Assembly (NCBI GenBank): GCA_947053345.1
Contig: CAMRSM010000009.1
Location: 27,732 to 67,731, forward strand
DNA length: 40,000 nucleotides
Direction: 5' to 3'
From: an uncultured Lachnospiraceae bacterium
Lineage (GTDB): Bacteria > Bacillota > Clostridia > Lachnospirales > Lachnospiraceae
Shown piece by piece: positions 8,564 through 18,761 of this stretch. Each line of letters begins with the position of its first letter. The first letter of the stretch is position 1. The position numbers and the translations under genes were made by a program. A model generated the notes under the pieces. That model was not told the DNA's origin, did no database searches, and was given only the letters and a program-made list of their open reading frames with translations.

Positions 8564-8956
8564 TCAGAAAATCTCGTCCATGTCAAACACAAACTCCATG
8601 TCCCCGTCCTTGCCCTTTGGCAAAAACGTCTTGTACGCAACCAGGTCGCCTTCCGCGTCGACCAGCCCCATCTCGCTGATCTGCTCGCCCGCCAGCTCCA
8701 CCTTCCCCAGCCGCACGCTGTAGCGCGCCGTGGCTTCCCCTGGGTAGGTGTGGCTGTCAATGTCCTTTTTTGCCAGCTCCGCCCGCAGGGACACTTCCTC
8801 CCCGGTCGTTGCGATCACTGCCCCCTCCCCATCCACGCCGCCGCTGCCGAATGCCATCTGCGTGACCGCCGGCAGGGTGATGTCCCCGGCGTGCGCCCGG
8901 CAGAGCTTCTCACGCCCTGTCTTTGTGATTACCCCCTGTGCCATCCTTCTATCCAT
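8564..8956 (-). CDS. Tail-collar/tail-fibre N-terminal-domain-like protein
   Basis: MAQGVITKTGREKLCRAHAGD...PAVTQMAFGSGG resembles the N-termini of P2-H-like fibre proteins. Position is between the baseplate and fibre genes. Confidence 0.55.
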   Translation of the reverse strand: MDRRMAQGVITKTGREKLCRAHAGDITLPAVTQMAFGSGGVDGEGAVIATTGEEVSLRAELAKKDIDSHTYPGEATARYSVRLGKVELAGEQISEMGLVDAEGDLVAYKTFLPKGKDGDMEFVFDMDEIF

Positions 8957-9080
8957 CCTTTCCCCCAGCCATGCCGGGCTTGCTTACATTTTTACCCATC
9001 CCTGTGACAGTGTCTGCGCCCACCCGCCGATCCTTTATTTATCCGCCGCGCCAGCTGTTCCTGCCCGGCCACGGCCCAGT

Positions 9081-10013
9081 CTACATGTCAACTTCATACG
9101 CCGCGGCATCCAGCCGCCTGCCCCCGTCAAGCCGCCTGCTGCCATCCAGCGTGCCCCATGCCTTCTCGACCCGCAGGTGCCCGGCGGCGGATGCCCACCC
9201 GCTTTCCCCTGCACCTGCGGCTATCCGCGTCCCGGCCTGTGTCCCCGTGGTGCATTCCCCCGCGCCCCGGACGAGCACTGCCGCACTGCCCCTGACATCC
9301 TGTGTAGCCGCGGCACAAAAAGCCGTCCGGGACCAGGCCGAAACCAGCCCCGCATGCCCTACCCCGCATCTTACCTGCAGCAAGACCGGGTAAAAGTCCA
9401 GGGTCTCCCCCGACAGGTAGCCGTTGAGGGGATAGCCACCGTCCAGCCGTGTTGTTCCGTCAAGCCGGTGCAATGGTACATTGGAGCGCGGGTAGAATGC
9501 GGCGGTTATACGGATATGTGCCCGCAGAGCCAACTGTAAAGCAACTTCACCTAGAATCCGGTCAGCCAAAACAAAAAACATATTGGCTGGCAGCATCTCC
9601 TGTACCATATCCTGCATCGCCCGAAGAATACCCGAAGGAAGATTCTCCGTGACCAACTCAAACCGATAATCCTCCGGGGAAAGCAGGATATGGTATTTCT
9701 CCCGCGCCGCCAATATATCCAGATATTCATAGAGCCGTGCCATCGTATACGGGAGGCTTCGGTTCCATTTTCCAAGGACAGCTGCCTGTCGCCCCACCAA
9801 ATCCTGCCCTGATGACAAAATCCCCAGCAGCTGCTCCCACCGCTTTAGCCCTTGCAAATCAGCAGTCCTGATAAACCCATTATCCAATAAAGCATCCGCC
9901 ATCTCATACAGAAGCATGAATTCCGGGTTTTCTGCCCTAAACAGCTCCTGGTACTCCTTCATCCTTTGCAGGAACTCCGGCAAATATCGAATCAGCTCAA
10001 CCTCCTGCTTCAC
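9081..10013 (-). CDS. DUF2313/XkdU-like baseplate-tail protein with LDG-repeat C-terminal extension
   Basis: N-terminus LIRYLPEFLQRMKEYQELF...LKRWEQLLGI. C-terminal RLDG repeats. Confidence 0.7.
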   Translation of the reverse strand: MKQEVELIRYLPEFLQRMKEYQELFRAENPEFMLLYEMADALLDNGFIRTADLQGLKRWEQLLGILSSGQDLVGRQAAVLGKWNRSLPYTMARLYEYLDILAAREKYHILLSPEDYRFELVTENLPSGILRAMQDMVQEMLPANMFFVLADRILGEVALQLALRAHIRITAAFYPRSNVPLHRLDGTTRLDGGYPLNGYLSGETLDFYPVLLQVRCGVGHAGLVSAWSRTAFCAAATQDVRGSAAVLVRGAGECTTGTQAGTRIAAGAGESGWASAAGHLRVEKAWGTLDGSRRLDGGRRLDAAAYEVDM

Positions 10014-11070
10014 TGACTGTCCCCCTTATCGCGATCTCATCCTCCCCAAGAATCACATTCTGCGGTTTTCCGTTCAGTCTCGTTTCTGTAATATCCAGAA
10101 TCCCCTTTACTTCCAATATCCTGCTTTCCAGTCTGGACACCCGGACAATAAGACGTTCACTGTCCGCCCACGCCCGGCTTAACTCACAGAAGTAAGCATC
10201 CACTGCTTCCTCCACACCCTCTTTCACACTGTCAAAGCCATATCCATCCTGATAAGCAAACTGAAATTCCAAATCAATATTTTTCCCGCCCACTGGCACA
10301 ACCGTCACATGGTGTCCGATTGGCGCAATGCCATATCCATTTCCACTGCACGCCGGCGGGTCAATTTCCTCCTGTACAAATTTCACCAGTTCTTCGGAAG
10401 GTATCCTGTATTCCGAACTGATTACTACCAGTTTTACACTTCCTCCGCCGTTCCATGCCGGGTACACCTTTACGCCGCCCACCCCCTGGATTGCCACGGT
10501 TTTTTCCCTGTAATCAGCAACATTTCCGCCATAAGCCTGTGAATCAAGACCCTGGAAATATCTTTTTCTAAAATGTTCCGTTTCCTCCTCATCCTCCCCC
10601 GGAATGAGCAGTTCCGCCAGCTCACAGCCTTCCAAACCCGCAATGTAGTCAATCGGAATCAACGTCCCAAATACGGTATTGCCCGCGCTACCCACCGTTT
10701 CACATTCTAGCTTGTATTCACCATCCCAAATCTTTTCAACCACAGAATAAGCATGCTCTCCGCAACGAAACCTAGCTCCCATCGGTATTTCAACTGTAGC
10801 AGGCACAAATTCCCCCTTCAGGACAGCGTATGTAGCAGGCAGGGGAACAATCCCGCGCTCCGCCGCCCTGCGGATGAGGTATTCCCTTGATGCCGTGTCC
10901 GCGAACAGTTCCCGCAAGATACCCTCTAAACCGAGGTACATCAGCTGCAACTCCATCGCTGCCGGTGCAAGTGCATCGTAGATCACGGATCCCTCCCGCT
11001 TATCAAATTTGTCCGGGATACGTGCAAGCATACGTTCCAGCAGCCCCTGATAAGACATTTCCTCAAACAT
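9997..11070 (-). CDS. Baseplate J-like protein (XkdT-like)
   Basis: Size, position and N-terminal LLERMLARIPDKFDKREGSVIYDALAPAA pattern. Confidence 0.85.
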   Translation of the reverse strand: MFEEMSYQGLLERMLARIPDKFDKREGSVIYDALAPAAMELQLMYLGLEGILRELFADTASREYLIRRAAERGIVPLPATYAVLKGEFVPATVEIPMGARFRCGEHAYSVVEKIWDGEYKLECETVGSAGNTVFGTLIPIDYIAGLEGCELAELLIPGEDEEETEHFRKRYFQGLDSQAYGGNVADYREKTVAIQGVGGVKVYPAWNGGGSVKLVVISSEYRIPSEELVKFVQEEIDPPACSGNGYGIAPIGHHVTVVPVGGKNIDLEFQFAYQDGYGFDSVKEGVEEAVDAYFCELSRAWADSERLIVRVSRLESRILEVKGILDITETRLNGKPQNVILGEDEIAIRGTVSEAGG

Positions 11071-11474
11071 CAGACATTCACCTCCCTTCCTGCCTGCACA
11101 TCCCCAAAAACTGTATGTACCGTAAAACCCACATGTATGACACCCTTCTGCGGGATATCAAACTCAAAATCCACAACCTCCAATACACGGTCATCCCAAA
11201 GCAGCGCCTCCCGGATCCTCCGTTCCAGCTCCGGGAAGACGTAGGAGGTCGGCTGCCCGTACAGGTCTTCCGTCTCGATCCCGTAATCCCCACTGTACAT
11301 GGCATACCGGAAGCGTTCTGTCAGGAGGGTCTTGCTGATCGCCTGCGCCATCGCCACAATCCCGTCCGTGCATCCGCGCATCCTCCCGGCGGACATATCC
11401 ATCCGGTAAGTATGGGTTGGCTGTTCTTCCTTTCCAAAATCCTGCGATAGGAAAGCTGCGCTCCCTGGTATCAT
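11070..11474 (-). CDS. DUF2634/XkdS-like baseplate wedge protein
   Basis: Position upstream of baseplate J and about 134 aa. Family assignment is from memory. Confidence 0.65.
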   Translation of the reverse strand: MIPGSAAFLSQDFGKEEQPTHTYRMDMSAGRMRGCTDGIVAMAQAISKTLLTERFRYAMYSGDYGIETEDLYGQPTSYVFPELERRIREALLWDDRVLEVVDFEFDIPQKGVIHVGFTVHTVFGDVQAGREVNV

Positions 11475-11803
11475 CCGGTTTTATCCCATACAATATATTT
11501 TTGCCCGCCCTGCTGCCGCAGGAGGATCACCTGGTCATCCACCGCCAACCCATTATGGATGGTTACCAGCTTCCTTTCGGAATCATCCCTGCTACCGAGC
11601 ATCACCTCATGATCCGTCACATGGCGTGGGAGCACAAGCTGGGCTTCCCCAAGCCGCATTTTCTGTTCGACAATTATCTCGAGGGGACTTGTTCCCGCGA
11701 CCCTGCCAAAGCAGACTTCGACTGGCTTTGACGCACCCACCGCCGCCAGCGCCACCCTCTTTATCATATTGACAAAGCCAACCGAATCAGCCAATAAAAT
11801 CAC
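11471..11803 (-). CDS. DUF2577/XkdR-like baseplate spike-associated protein (start uncertain)
   Basis: Synteny with the Xkd module. Alternative starts at 11794 (TTG) or 11767 (ATG). Confidence 0.6.
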   Translation of the reverse strand: MILLADSVGFVNMIKRVALAAVGASKPVEVCFGRVAGTSPLEIIVEQKMRLGEAQLVLPRHVTDHEVMLGSRDDSERKLVTIHNGLAVDDQVILLRQQGGQKYIVWDKTG

Positions 11804-12767
11804 CCCCTCTGAGTGTCAGATCCATAAAATGCCCGTCCAACCGGAATTTGTGCGTCACTTTCTCAACCAGCATAAAATTCTTCACCTCCATATCCCAAAG
11901 CACAAGCCTTACCAGTACCAGGCTTCCCGCCCTGACCCTGATATCCCCTGCCGCATTCGTAATCTTCAGGTTCTGTGTCCTGCTGTTATACAACCTTAAC
12001 AGGGCATCCGCCTTTGCCTTCCCGTCTTCCCCCTCCGAAAGCGTATCATAATACTGCAGCACGCCCCAGCGGTTCATATTGCTGGAATCCTGTGCCACAT
12101 AGACTTCCCTCTTCCCACTTTCCTCATTGTCATACGTCAATTTGATCTTATTGTAAGTGCTGTTATCAATGCTGGAAACATACTCAAAATTCTCCCCCGT
12201 TTCCTCATCAACCATCAGAAACGCCCCGGATGCGCCGACCCGCATGGAAGAGATATTCTTCAATGTCAGCTTACCGGAATCATCAAACAGCACAAACATT
12301 TCCTTCCTGTTCTGCAAAGTCAGGTCAAGGGCATTGCCTATCATATCAAATAAGGAAGTGTTGTCCTCAACCCTTGAGGCAATCACAAAACCGGTATCCT
12401 CAATCGTTCCGGTGTTCAGCCTGAAATCCGCAGCGATCATCCGGATCAACTGGGAAGCCGTCTTGTTTTCATAAACATATGTATCCTTGTTATTCAAGTA
12501 ACGCAGCTGGTCATAGGCCGTCACTGAGACAACCCGGTTCTTGTCATGCTTTCTCGAAAATACAAACCCGAAGAAAACATCCTTCCCATCCAACCTCATC
12601 CGCACCGCCGCGCCTTCCCCAAAACAGAGTACATCATCCCCCAGAACCTTAAAACTCAATTTCCCTGGCACACCCTTCCGCTCCGTGCTCCACTCAATGC
12701 CCTCCTCCACAAGGGGAAGGTAGCTTTTTGTACCGACAGAATCCGAAAGAAAAAGTTCAATGCCCAA
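11787..12767 (-). CDS. XkdQ/YqbQ-like baseplate hub (gpD-like) protein
   Basis: 326 aa. Synteny between the XkdP-like and XkdR-like genes. Confidence 0.7.
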   Translation of the reverse strand: MGIELFLSDSVGTKSYLPLVEEGIEWSTERKGVPGKLSFKVLGDDVLCFGEGAAVRMRLDGKDVFFGFVFSRKHDKNRVVSVTAYDQLRYLNNKDTYVYENKTASQLIRMIAADFRLNTGTIEDTGFVIASRVEDNTSLFDMIGNALDLTLQNRKEMFVLFDDSGKLTLKNISSMRVGASGAFLMVDEETGENFEYVSSIDNSTYNKIKLTYDNEESGKREVYVAQDSSNMNRWGVLQYYDTLSEGEDGKAKADALLRLYNSRTQNLKITNAAGDIRVRAGSLVLVRLVLWDMEVKNFMLVEKVTHKFRLDGHFMDLTLRGGDFIG

Positions 12768-12770
12768 ATG

Positions 12771-13478
12771 TCACACCCCCTGTACACTCCCTGCTGTAAC
12801 CCAGCCAAGCCAGCCGCCAGAAAGTGAAGTTACATGGTACGGATGTGAACCTTTCTGGTTGACAAAATTTATTTTTCCCCTGTAATTTGAAAGTGTCTTC
12901 CCGGCACCACCCCCGTAACTGTCACGGTGCAGCCGTCCGTTCACAACAACCTCCGACCCTATCCCAACCGGCACGGAAGCCCGGACAGTTGATTTTGCCC
13001 TCCTGGCCTGTATGCTCATCCCACCTCCCCCAACCTTCACCGTCTTCGTACCATATTCCCTGAACTGCTTCAGCTTGATCTTTACCGTCACGTCAAACCC
13101 GTTTTTTGCCTGCTCCGTAACCACATAATCTTCCATGGACACTTTCATATCTGTGGAAAAAAGTACCTTCCCATCCGGCAGCGTCCGTGAAACAATGAAC
13201 TGGAATGGCTTCTTCTGTGCCTTCAGCTGTTCAAAAACAACTAAAAAATGATAGGCCCCCTGGAAACCGTCACGGTTAACCGCAAACGGGTACTCCACTT
13301 GCGGGATGCAGCATTCAAACTCAATATCCGTCAGTGCCGGTGTCTTCAATATATTGATTTCCCCCTCATTGAGCAGGGTAAGTGTAGAATTTGCATTGTT
13401 GACCTTCACCTGCAGCTTCTGGGGCGCGACTGGCAATAAGCACTTATCCAAATAGAAATCATACCCATCCCTGCCCAT
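12771..13478 (-). CDS. XkdP-position tail protein
   Basis: Immediately downstream of the tape measure gene. 235 aa. Confidence 0.55.
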   Translation of the reverse strand: MGRDGYDFYLDKCLLPVAPQKLQVKVNNANSTLTLLNEGEINILKTPALTDIEFECCIPQVEYPFAVNRDGFQGAYHFLVVFEQLKAQKKPFQFIVSRTLPDGKVLFSTDMKVSMEDYVVTEQAKNGFDVTVKIKLKQFREYGTKTVKVGGGGMSIQARRAKSTVRASVPVGIGSEVVVNGRLHRDSYGGGAGKTLSNYRGKINFVNQKGSHPYHVTSLSGGWLGWVTAGSVQGV

Positions 13479-16102
13479 TATTCAGCCCCCTCCGCAATCA
13501 TGTTTGCCGCCTCATTCGCAGAATCAACCAGCCCGTCAATGATGCCATCCAGATCCATTGCACCCGTAACGGTATTGTAATTTGTCTGCTCAACTGTAAT
13601 CTCGCCGGTCGTGTACCGGTTGACCACCTCCTGCTCCGCAATGTCACGCAAATATTTCAATTCTTCCCCCGTGACAGCCACGGAATCCTTGATCGTCCCG
13701 GTATCTGCCGCAATGTTGTCCAGATCCCATGCCATGCCCGAACCATAATCCCCAAGGTTCTCGTAGTCTTCTGGGTCTGGGATACCATCATCCCAAGAAT
13801 GGTCTGAAAAGAAGTTTTCCACTTTTTCCGTGATACCATCTCCCCAAGATGCCCCCGCCCGGTACGCATCCATGACCCAACCTTCCTGAAAAGTATCATA
13901 CGTTGATATCCCATCATGGAATGCCTCTGAAATGCTAGCATATTCACTTTTATTATTCGCAGCAGCAGCGGCTTTTGCTGCATAGTCATCTGCCGCATTA
14001 CTTATGCCAGAATAATCAAAGCTCACAAACGGTAACCTATTAAGGGACGCACATATCTTCTCAACTACCTCAAGCGCAGTTGAGAGAAGATCATACCACC
14101 ATGAACAGACACTGGAAATTGCATTATGAAATGCCGTCATGAGGTTCTGCCCACATGCACCAATGGCAGCGCCGATTCCAAGAGCGATATTAGCCACCGT
14201 CAAACCCAAATTTTTGATAAACTGAATACCCACATTGACACCACCACAGACCACTCCAAACGCACTCTGCGCAATATGCCCTGTACCCGAAAAATAATTT
14301 GCCAGAACAGCAATCACCGCAATCAGCGCAATAATCGCCAGAATAATCCATGTGATAGGGCATGCCAGTAATGCCGCATTCAACCCATATTGTGCAGCGG
14401 TAGCTGTAAAAGCTGCCCCGGATTCCATGGCGAGCGAAGCTGCGTGAACCTTTTCAGCAAAAGCTTTTGCTGCCGTGATGCCCGTTGAAATCCCAGTAAC
14501 GGTATTATACAAAAGCATAGCGCCGTAATAAACTGTCAGGGCAGCTGCCACACCATAGATAATCGGTGCCAGCCATGACCAGTTATCAGAAACCAACCCT
14601 GCAACTCCAACCAACAAATCAAAAATCTCAAGTACTGCCCCTGCAACTGCCGAAAGAGCCTCCGCCGCATTGCCCACAAACTCTTGAAATGCCACACTGT
14701 TCGCAAGCTCATTCAGCTGCTGCAGGACAGGCCGGAAAGCGATTTGTGCAGTATTTTGAAAGGATGTCCAGACCTGCCCAAAGGTCACCGGCATACTCTC
14801 AAAAGCCGCATTGGTCTCGTCCATTGCCGCAAAAATAGCAGCTTTTACAATGTCAGCAGTAATTTGCCCTTCCGCTGCCATATCCTTTAATTGTCCCTTG
14901 GGAACTTCCATGTAGTCAGCAATCGTCTGTATGATGTTCGGTGCCTGCTCCAATATACTATTGTATTCCTCCCCGCGAAGCACACCGGAACCCATTGCCT
15001 GCGTGAGCTGCAGCATGGCGGCATCAATACCGCCTGCTTCCGTGCCCGCGATCTTAAACTGCTTGTTTATCTGTTCCATGAAGGCTATGATCTCTTCTGA
15101 ACTGCCAAATGCATCCCCCGCCATCAGGCCAAGCTTGGAAACCGCGTCGGCGGTCGCCTGGTAAGATCCCCGCGACCGCTGCGCCGAAAGATAGATCATA
15201 TCCTGTAACTCCTGCGTGGTCTGTAGCCCGTCATTCATCAGGTTCAGGCGGGCAGCCGTTTCCGTCATTTGATCCGATAAACCAAGCGCAGCCGAAAAGG
15301 TATGAACCGTTGCATAAGCCGCGACCGCCCCCTTTATCATATCCGTCAGCCGGCTCGCCTCCTCCGTGCCTTGGCTGACCTCCCGGTTAAAGCGTCCCTG
15401 CCCATCCACATTATCACGGATATACCGTTCCGTATTCCCCACCGTCTTGGAAAGCCGCAGGTAAGCCTCGTTTGCCGCCTGCACATCCATACCCTCCACC
15501 GCACGGTTTAGGTTTTCCTGTTCGCGCACGGCCTGGTCAAGCTGTGCCCTTAGCTGCTCCAGTTCCCCATTCACGGCATCCACGCCCATATTGAAAGGAT
15601 TGCCCTCGATCTCCTTGATCCGGTTGCGCACCATATCCATCCGGACGGCCAGGCTGTTCAGGTTGCGGGCTGCTTCCGGAGGGAACAGGTCCGTATTATA
15701 CGCCTGCTTTGCGATGGCATCCTGTGTCGCGCACAGCTGTTCCAACATACTGTTTACACCCTGTACCTCCTGTCCAAACCGCTCGACCCCGGACGAGGTA
15801 AACACCCCCATGCTGTCCGCCTGCCACATAACCGGGGCAGGGCTGTTTTCAGGGTGGCGCACCGTCGCAGGGACATCAAGCCCTTGCATGGCCTCATCAA
15901 GCTCACGGACGGCGATCGTCGCCTGGTTGATGGAATCCCTTGCCGCTTCCATGGAAACCATATCAACGGATGCACCCATCGTCTGGTTCAGATCCCCCAT
16001 TGCCGCCAGGCTAAGGTTGACCGAATCAATGACCCGGTATAAAACTCCTGTAAAATTGTCCCGTAACTCAATCGCCGTCCGGATGGAAGCCATCTGGATC
16101 AC
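13478..16102 (-). CDS. Tail tape measure protein
   Basis: 874 aa, helical N-terminal half and a central multi-TM/Gly-Ala-rich region. Follows the chaperone pair. ATG at 16093 with GGAAAGGAAGG RBS is the likelier start than GTG 16102. Confidence 0.9.
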   Translation of the reverse strand: MIQMASIRTAIELRDNFTGVLYRVIDSVNLSLAAMGDLNQTMGASVDMVSMEAARDSINQATIAVRELDEAMQGLDVPATVRHPENSPAPVMWQADSMGVFTSSGVERFGQEVQGVNSMLEQLCATQDAIAKQAYNTDLFPPEAARNLNSLAVRMDMVRNRIKEIEGNPFNMGVDAVNGELEQLRAQLDQAVREQENLNRAVEGMDVQAANEAYLRLSKTVGNTERYIRDNVDGQGRFNREVSQGTEEASRLTDMIKGAVAAYATVHTFSAALGLSDQMTETAARLNLMNDGLQTTQELQDMIYLSAQRSRGSYQATADAVSKLGLMAGDAFGSSEEIIAFMEQINKQFKIAGTEAGGIDAAMLQLTQAMGSGVLRGEEYNSILEQAPNIIQTIADYMEVPKGQLKDMAAEGQITADIVKAAIFAAMDETNAAFESMPVTFGQVWTSFQNTAQIAFRPVLQQLNELANSVAFQEFVGNAAEALSAVAGAVLEIFDLLVGVAGLVSDNWSWLAPIIYGVAAALTVYYGAMLLYNTVTGISTGITAAKAFAEKVHAASLAMESGAAFTATAAQYGLNAALLACPITWIILAIIALIAVIAVLANYFSGTGHIAQSAFGVVCGGVNVGIQFIKNLGLTVANIALGIGAAIGACGQNLMTAFHNAISSVCSWWYDLLSTALEVVEKICASLNRLPFVSFDYSGISNAADDYAAKAAAAANNKSEYASISEAFHDGISTYDTFQEGWVMDAYRAGASWGDGITEKVENFFSDHSWDDGIPDPEDYENLGDYGSGMAWDLDNIAADTGTIKDSVAVTGEELKYLRDIAEQEVVNRYTTGEITVEQTNYNTVTGAMDLDGIIDGLVDSANEAANMIAEGAE

Positions 16103-16299
16103 CTTCCTTTCCTGCCAGCCTTCCGCTTCACCTCTTTTTCCTTTTCACGGTCATTCTTAATCTTGACTTTGACCGCTGCCACGACAAAGGCTTTTTCCTG
16201 CTCATCCATCCCTAAAAAGACGGACGGCAGGATATGGAGCTTCAGGAGGGCATAGTAAGCAAAATTTGCTTCCCAATCCCCTCCCTCGATCAGTTTTTT
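16099..16299 (-). CDS. -1 frameshift extension of the tail assembly chaperone (G/GT-like long product)
   Basis: Re-reading from AAAAAAC (16293-16299) in the -1 frame gives an open 64-codon extension (KLIEGGDWEANFAYYALLKLHILPSVFLGMDEQEKAFVVAAVKVKIKNDREKEKEVKRKAGRKGR). It stops at 16099-16101, abutting the tape measure start. Confidence 0.65.
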   Translation of the reverse strand, partial: KKLIEGGDWEANFAYYALLKLHILPSVFLGMDEQEKAFVVAAVKVKIKNDREKEKEVKRKAGRKGR

Positions 16300-16721
16300 G
16301 CCTCGTCGACCTTATCCTCAAAGGACGTATTGAATCCCTGGAAATTCTGCACATAGGCGGCGAGGTCATTGTATTCACCCGGGTCGTCCACCATCGCAAG
16401 GAGCAGTTCCTCCGGTGTCTTCACGCCATAAGAATCCTGTAGCTGCGCATCGTACAGATCCGGCACGGCGATAGAAGCCACCAACATTTTTTGGATATAA
16501 AGGCTTGATTTCAGCTTTGACCGGTACATGTTCGGCTTCCCCGGTACCGGGAGGTCAACCGTACACGCTTCCCGGATTTCCTCGTTTTCCTTTGATGTAA
16601 TGTGGCGGAATTCCCATTCCAACGGGGTTCCCTTCTCATCGCAGATCGACTTTGTTACGGCGTGGAGCTCATTTGCCCGGACTGCCTTATTTCCCTTCAT
16701 GAACCTTGCAAATTTCGACAT
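16290..16721 (-). CDS. Tail assembly chaperone (XkdN-like), zero-frame product
   Basis: Position between the tube and tape measure genes. 143 aa. Ends just after an A AAA AAC slippery heptamer. Confidence 0.8.
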   Translation of the reverse strand: MSKFARFMKGNKAVRANELHAVTKSICDEKGTPLEWEFRHITSKENEEIREACTVDLPVPGKPNMYRSKLKSSLYIQKMLVASIAVPDLYDAQLQDSYGVKTPEELLLAMVDDPGEYNDLAAYVQNFQGFNTSFEDKVDEAKN

Positions 16722-16744
16722 TATTAAATCCCCCTTTTCATTTT

Positions 16745-17224
16745 CTAATTTGAAGCAAAACCATCCATTTCCGTAAACTTCTCCGGCAGATCCCAGCTCT
16801 CGAACGTCCCGGAGATTTCCTCATCCAGCAGTTCCTCCCCCGCTTTGAATTTTGCCAGGATAAAACTCTCACACAGGCAATCACGCAGGATGACCGTCTG
16901 CCGCCCCACGGTGCTGCTCGGATCCTCGTTGCTGACTTGGATCTCAAAATACGGCATCACGCCCGTCTTCTGGTAATTGTCCGCAAGCTCGCGGAAACAG
17001 GATTGATTATAGTGCATCGTCCCGCTCCACGTCCCCTTTCCGCCCGCGATCTTATGCCCCATCCCCACCTTCCCGAGGATCGGCACGTCAACGATATTCA
17101 CTTCCCACTTGCTCTCAAAATCCGTCATGCTCATAAAATTGAGCCGCCGCCCGTTGATTGTGACATAGCATTCCGCAAGGCCACCATAAACGGCATCCTT
17201 CGAATTCATCATGGTATCCGACAT
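16745..17224 (-). CDS. Tail tube protein (XkdM-like)
   Basis: 159 aa directly after the sheath gene. Confidence 0.85.
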   Translation of the reverse strand: MSDTMMNSKDAVYGGLAECYVTINGRRLNFMSMTDFESKWEVNIVDVPILGKVGMGHKIAGGKGTWSGTMHYNQSCFRELADNYQKTGVMPYFEIQVSNEDPSSTVGRQTVILRDCLCESFILAKFKAGEELLDEEISGTFESWDLPEKFTEMDGFASN

Positions 17225-17244
17225 ATTTTCCCAGCCCCCCTTTC

Positions 17245-18552
17245 CTATGCCACCGTGACCGTCATGTACAGTTTGCCCATCGCATTGACCACGGTCACAT
17301 AATCCTTTACCACAACAGACTTCTTTGTCTCCCCAGGTTCCACGGAAACATCGGCATCCGAGAAACCTTCAATCGCCCGGATGCCCTCCATCTTCCGGTG
17401 GTGCGCCACGATATCCGACCAAAGGGAAACCCTGCCCGCCGCATCGTTCGGGACAACACCCAGATATTTCGTATTGAACATTACCGCAATATCGTTTCCG
17501 ATCTGGTCGATCACCCGGATCGTCTGATTGTCCTTGAACACCTCCCCCTGCGTGTCCGTGACCGTCACCATCGTATTGATGTCCGCCAGCACACGGATCT
17601 CCTTCCCAACCTTGTGGAGCGTGAATTCCCCCTGACGGATCGTTTCCTTGAGCTCGCCCTGCGTATAATCAGCAGCCACGGCAAATTCCCCGTCATAACG
17701 CCGGTTCTGGGTGCTTTTGTTCACCTCACAGCCCGCCAGGATACCTGTCACCCAATAGACAAGGGCTGCCTCACCCCACCCTTCATCCAGTACCCTGTTC
17801 TTGACACTGACCGTACCGCAGTAATCCGCCGCTTTGTTGTAAAGCACCAGCTGGAACTTAACCCCCATCTCCTCGCGCAGCCTACGCACAAAAGCCGAAT
17901 ACAACCCCTTCGTGGTCTCATCCGTCACCGCCACGCCCATCGTGTTATAGGAAAAGGATTCGATCTTATCCAGATACGTCTGGTGTGCCGTACCATCCAC
18001 CGTGCCGTTTGTCCCCCCGGATAATGGAACCGCCGCTGTTACCATAAGTTCCGCCCCAGACTTAAATCGGACAAAACGGTTTGGCACAAGCCCGTCCGCC
18101 CCGGAAACGACCTGCTCGTCCACCGTTACTGTGCCAAGCACCGTCTTTACGACAAACAGCTCCTCATCGTCCGCATCCTTCTGCACAATGATCTTCAGGT
18201 CATTGCCACGGATGCCCCCACAGACCGCCTCCGCCAGGTCATTGCCCGCCTTCGCACCCCCGGAAGTCAGTTTGTACACATAGAGCGTGCGGATGTTCCG
18301 GAACAGATCCCGAAGCCCTTTTAGCTTATCGTGGGTATAATCATAACCGAAGATCCCCATGCTATTTTTCTGGAAATCCTCGCTGGTAACCTCGAACACC
18401 TCACCATCTATGCCCCAGTCCAGCTCCAGTGGCATCGTCGCAATGCCCCGGTCAGAAAGCGCCGCGTTTGCGGATGTTGCTGATACAAAGTTGATATACG
18501 TGCCCGGAAGTTCCTTATTTTGGACTGTAAAAGTCCCTCCGCCAAAAGCCAT
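17245..18552 (-). CDS. Contractile tail sheath protein (XkdK-like)
   Basis: N-terminus MAFGGGTFTVQNKELPGTYINFVS is a typical sheath signature. 435 aa. Confidence 0.9.
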   Translation of the reverse strand: MAFGGGTFTVQNKELPGTYINFVSATSANAALSDRGIATMPLELDWGIDGEVFEVTSEDFQKNSMGIFGYDYTHDKLKGLRDLFRNIRTLYVYKLTSGGAKAGNDLAEAVCGGIRGNDLKIIVQKDADDEELFVVKTVLGTVTVDEQVVSGADGLVPNRFVRFKSGAELMVTAAVPLSGGTNGTVDGTAHQTYLDKIESFSYNTMGVAVTDETTKGLYSAFVRRLREEMGVKFQLVLYNKAADYCGTVSVKNRVLDEGWGEAALVYWVTGILAGCEVNKSTQNRRYDGEFAVAADYTQGELKETIRQGEFTLHKVGKEIRVLADINTMVTVTDTQGEVFKDNQTIRVIDQIGNDIAVMFNTKYLGVVPNDAAGRVSLWSDIVAHHRKMEGIRAIEGFSDADVSVEPGETKKSVVVKDYVTVVNAMGKLYMTVTVA

Positions 18553-18553
18553 C

Positions 18554-18757
18554 TTATTTCACCTTTCCTTTCATATAATCCCCCACCATTTTTTCCACGT
18601 CCGAAAACGTGTACCGTTCCCCTGGCTTTAAGAGAGCCGTCAGGATATCCCTCCTGTCCCGGTACTTCTCCGAGCGAAGTAACTGCTCTGCGGAAAATAA
18701 CCCACCGGACTGTTTTGCTTTCCCTTTCACCACTTCCATTTCCTTCTGTCCTGCCAT
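18554..18757 (-). CDS. Small hypothetical structural-module protein
   Basis: 67-aa ORF tightly packed between the neck and sheath genes. Confidence 0.45.
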   Translation of the reverse strand: MAGQKEMEVVKGKAKQSGGLFSAEQLLRSEKYRDRRDILTALLKPGERYTFSDVEKMVGDYMKGKVK

Positions 18758-18761
18758 CCCA

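Noticed and set aside
9081-9400. Repeated DNA/protein motifs (RLDG repeats, CCGCCTGC repeats), considered as a possible diversity-generating or variable region
   Set aside because: No reverse transcriptase and no template-repeat copy lie elsewhere in the window. The short in-frame repeats are consistent with an ordinary repetitive C-terminal domain of an XkdU-like protein.
7985-9539. Long + strand ORFs (340, 263, 169 aa) across the tail fibre/collar region
   Set aside because: Arg/Pro/Cys/His-rich antisense frames. The minus-strand ORFs carry fibre-like sequence and operon packing.
16202-16399. 65-aa minus-strand ORF as the chaperone frameshift partner
   Set aside because: This is the wrong frame, with an Arg/Pro-rich translation. 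The true -1 extension is the other frame, which opens at the AAAAAAC heptamer (16099-16299).
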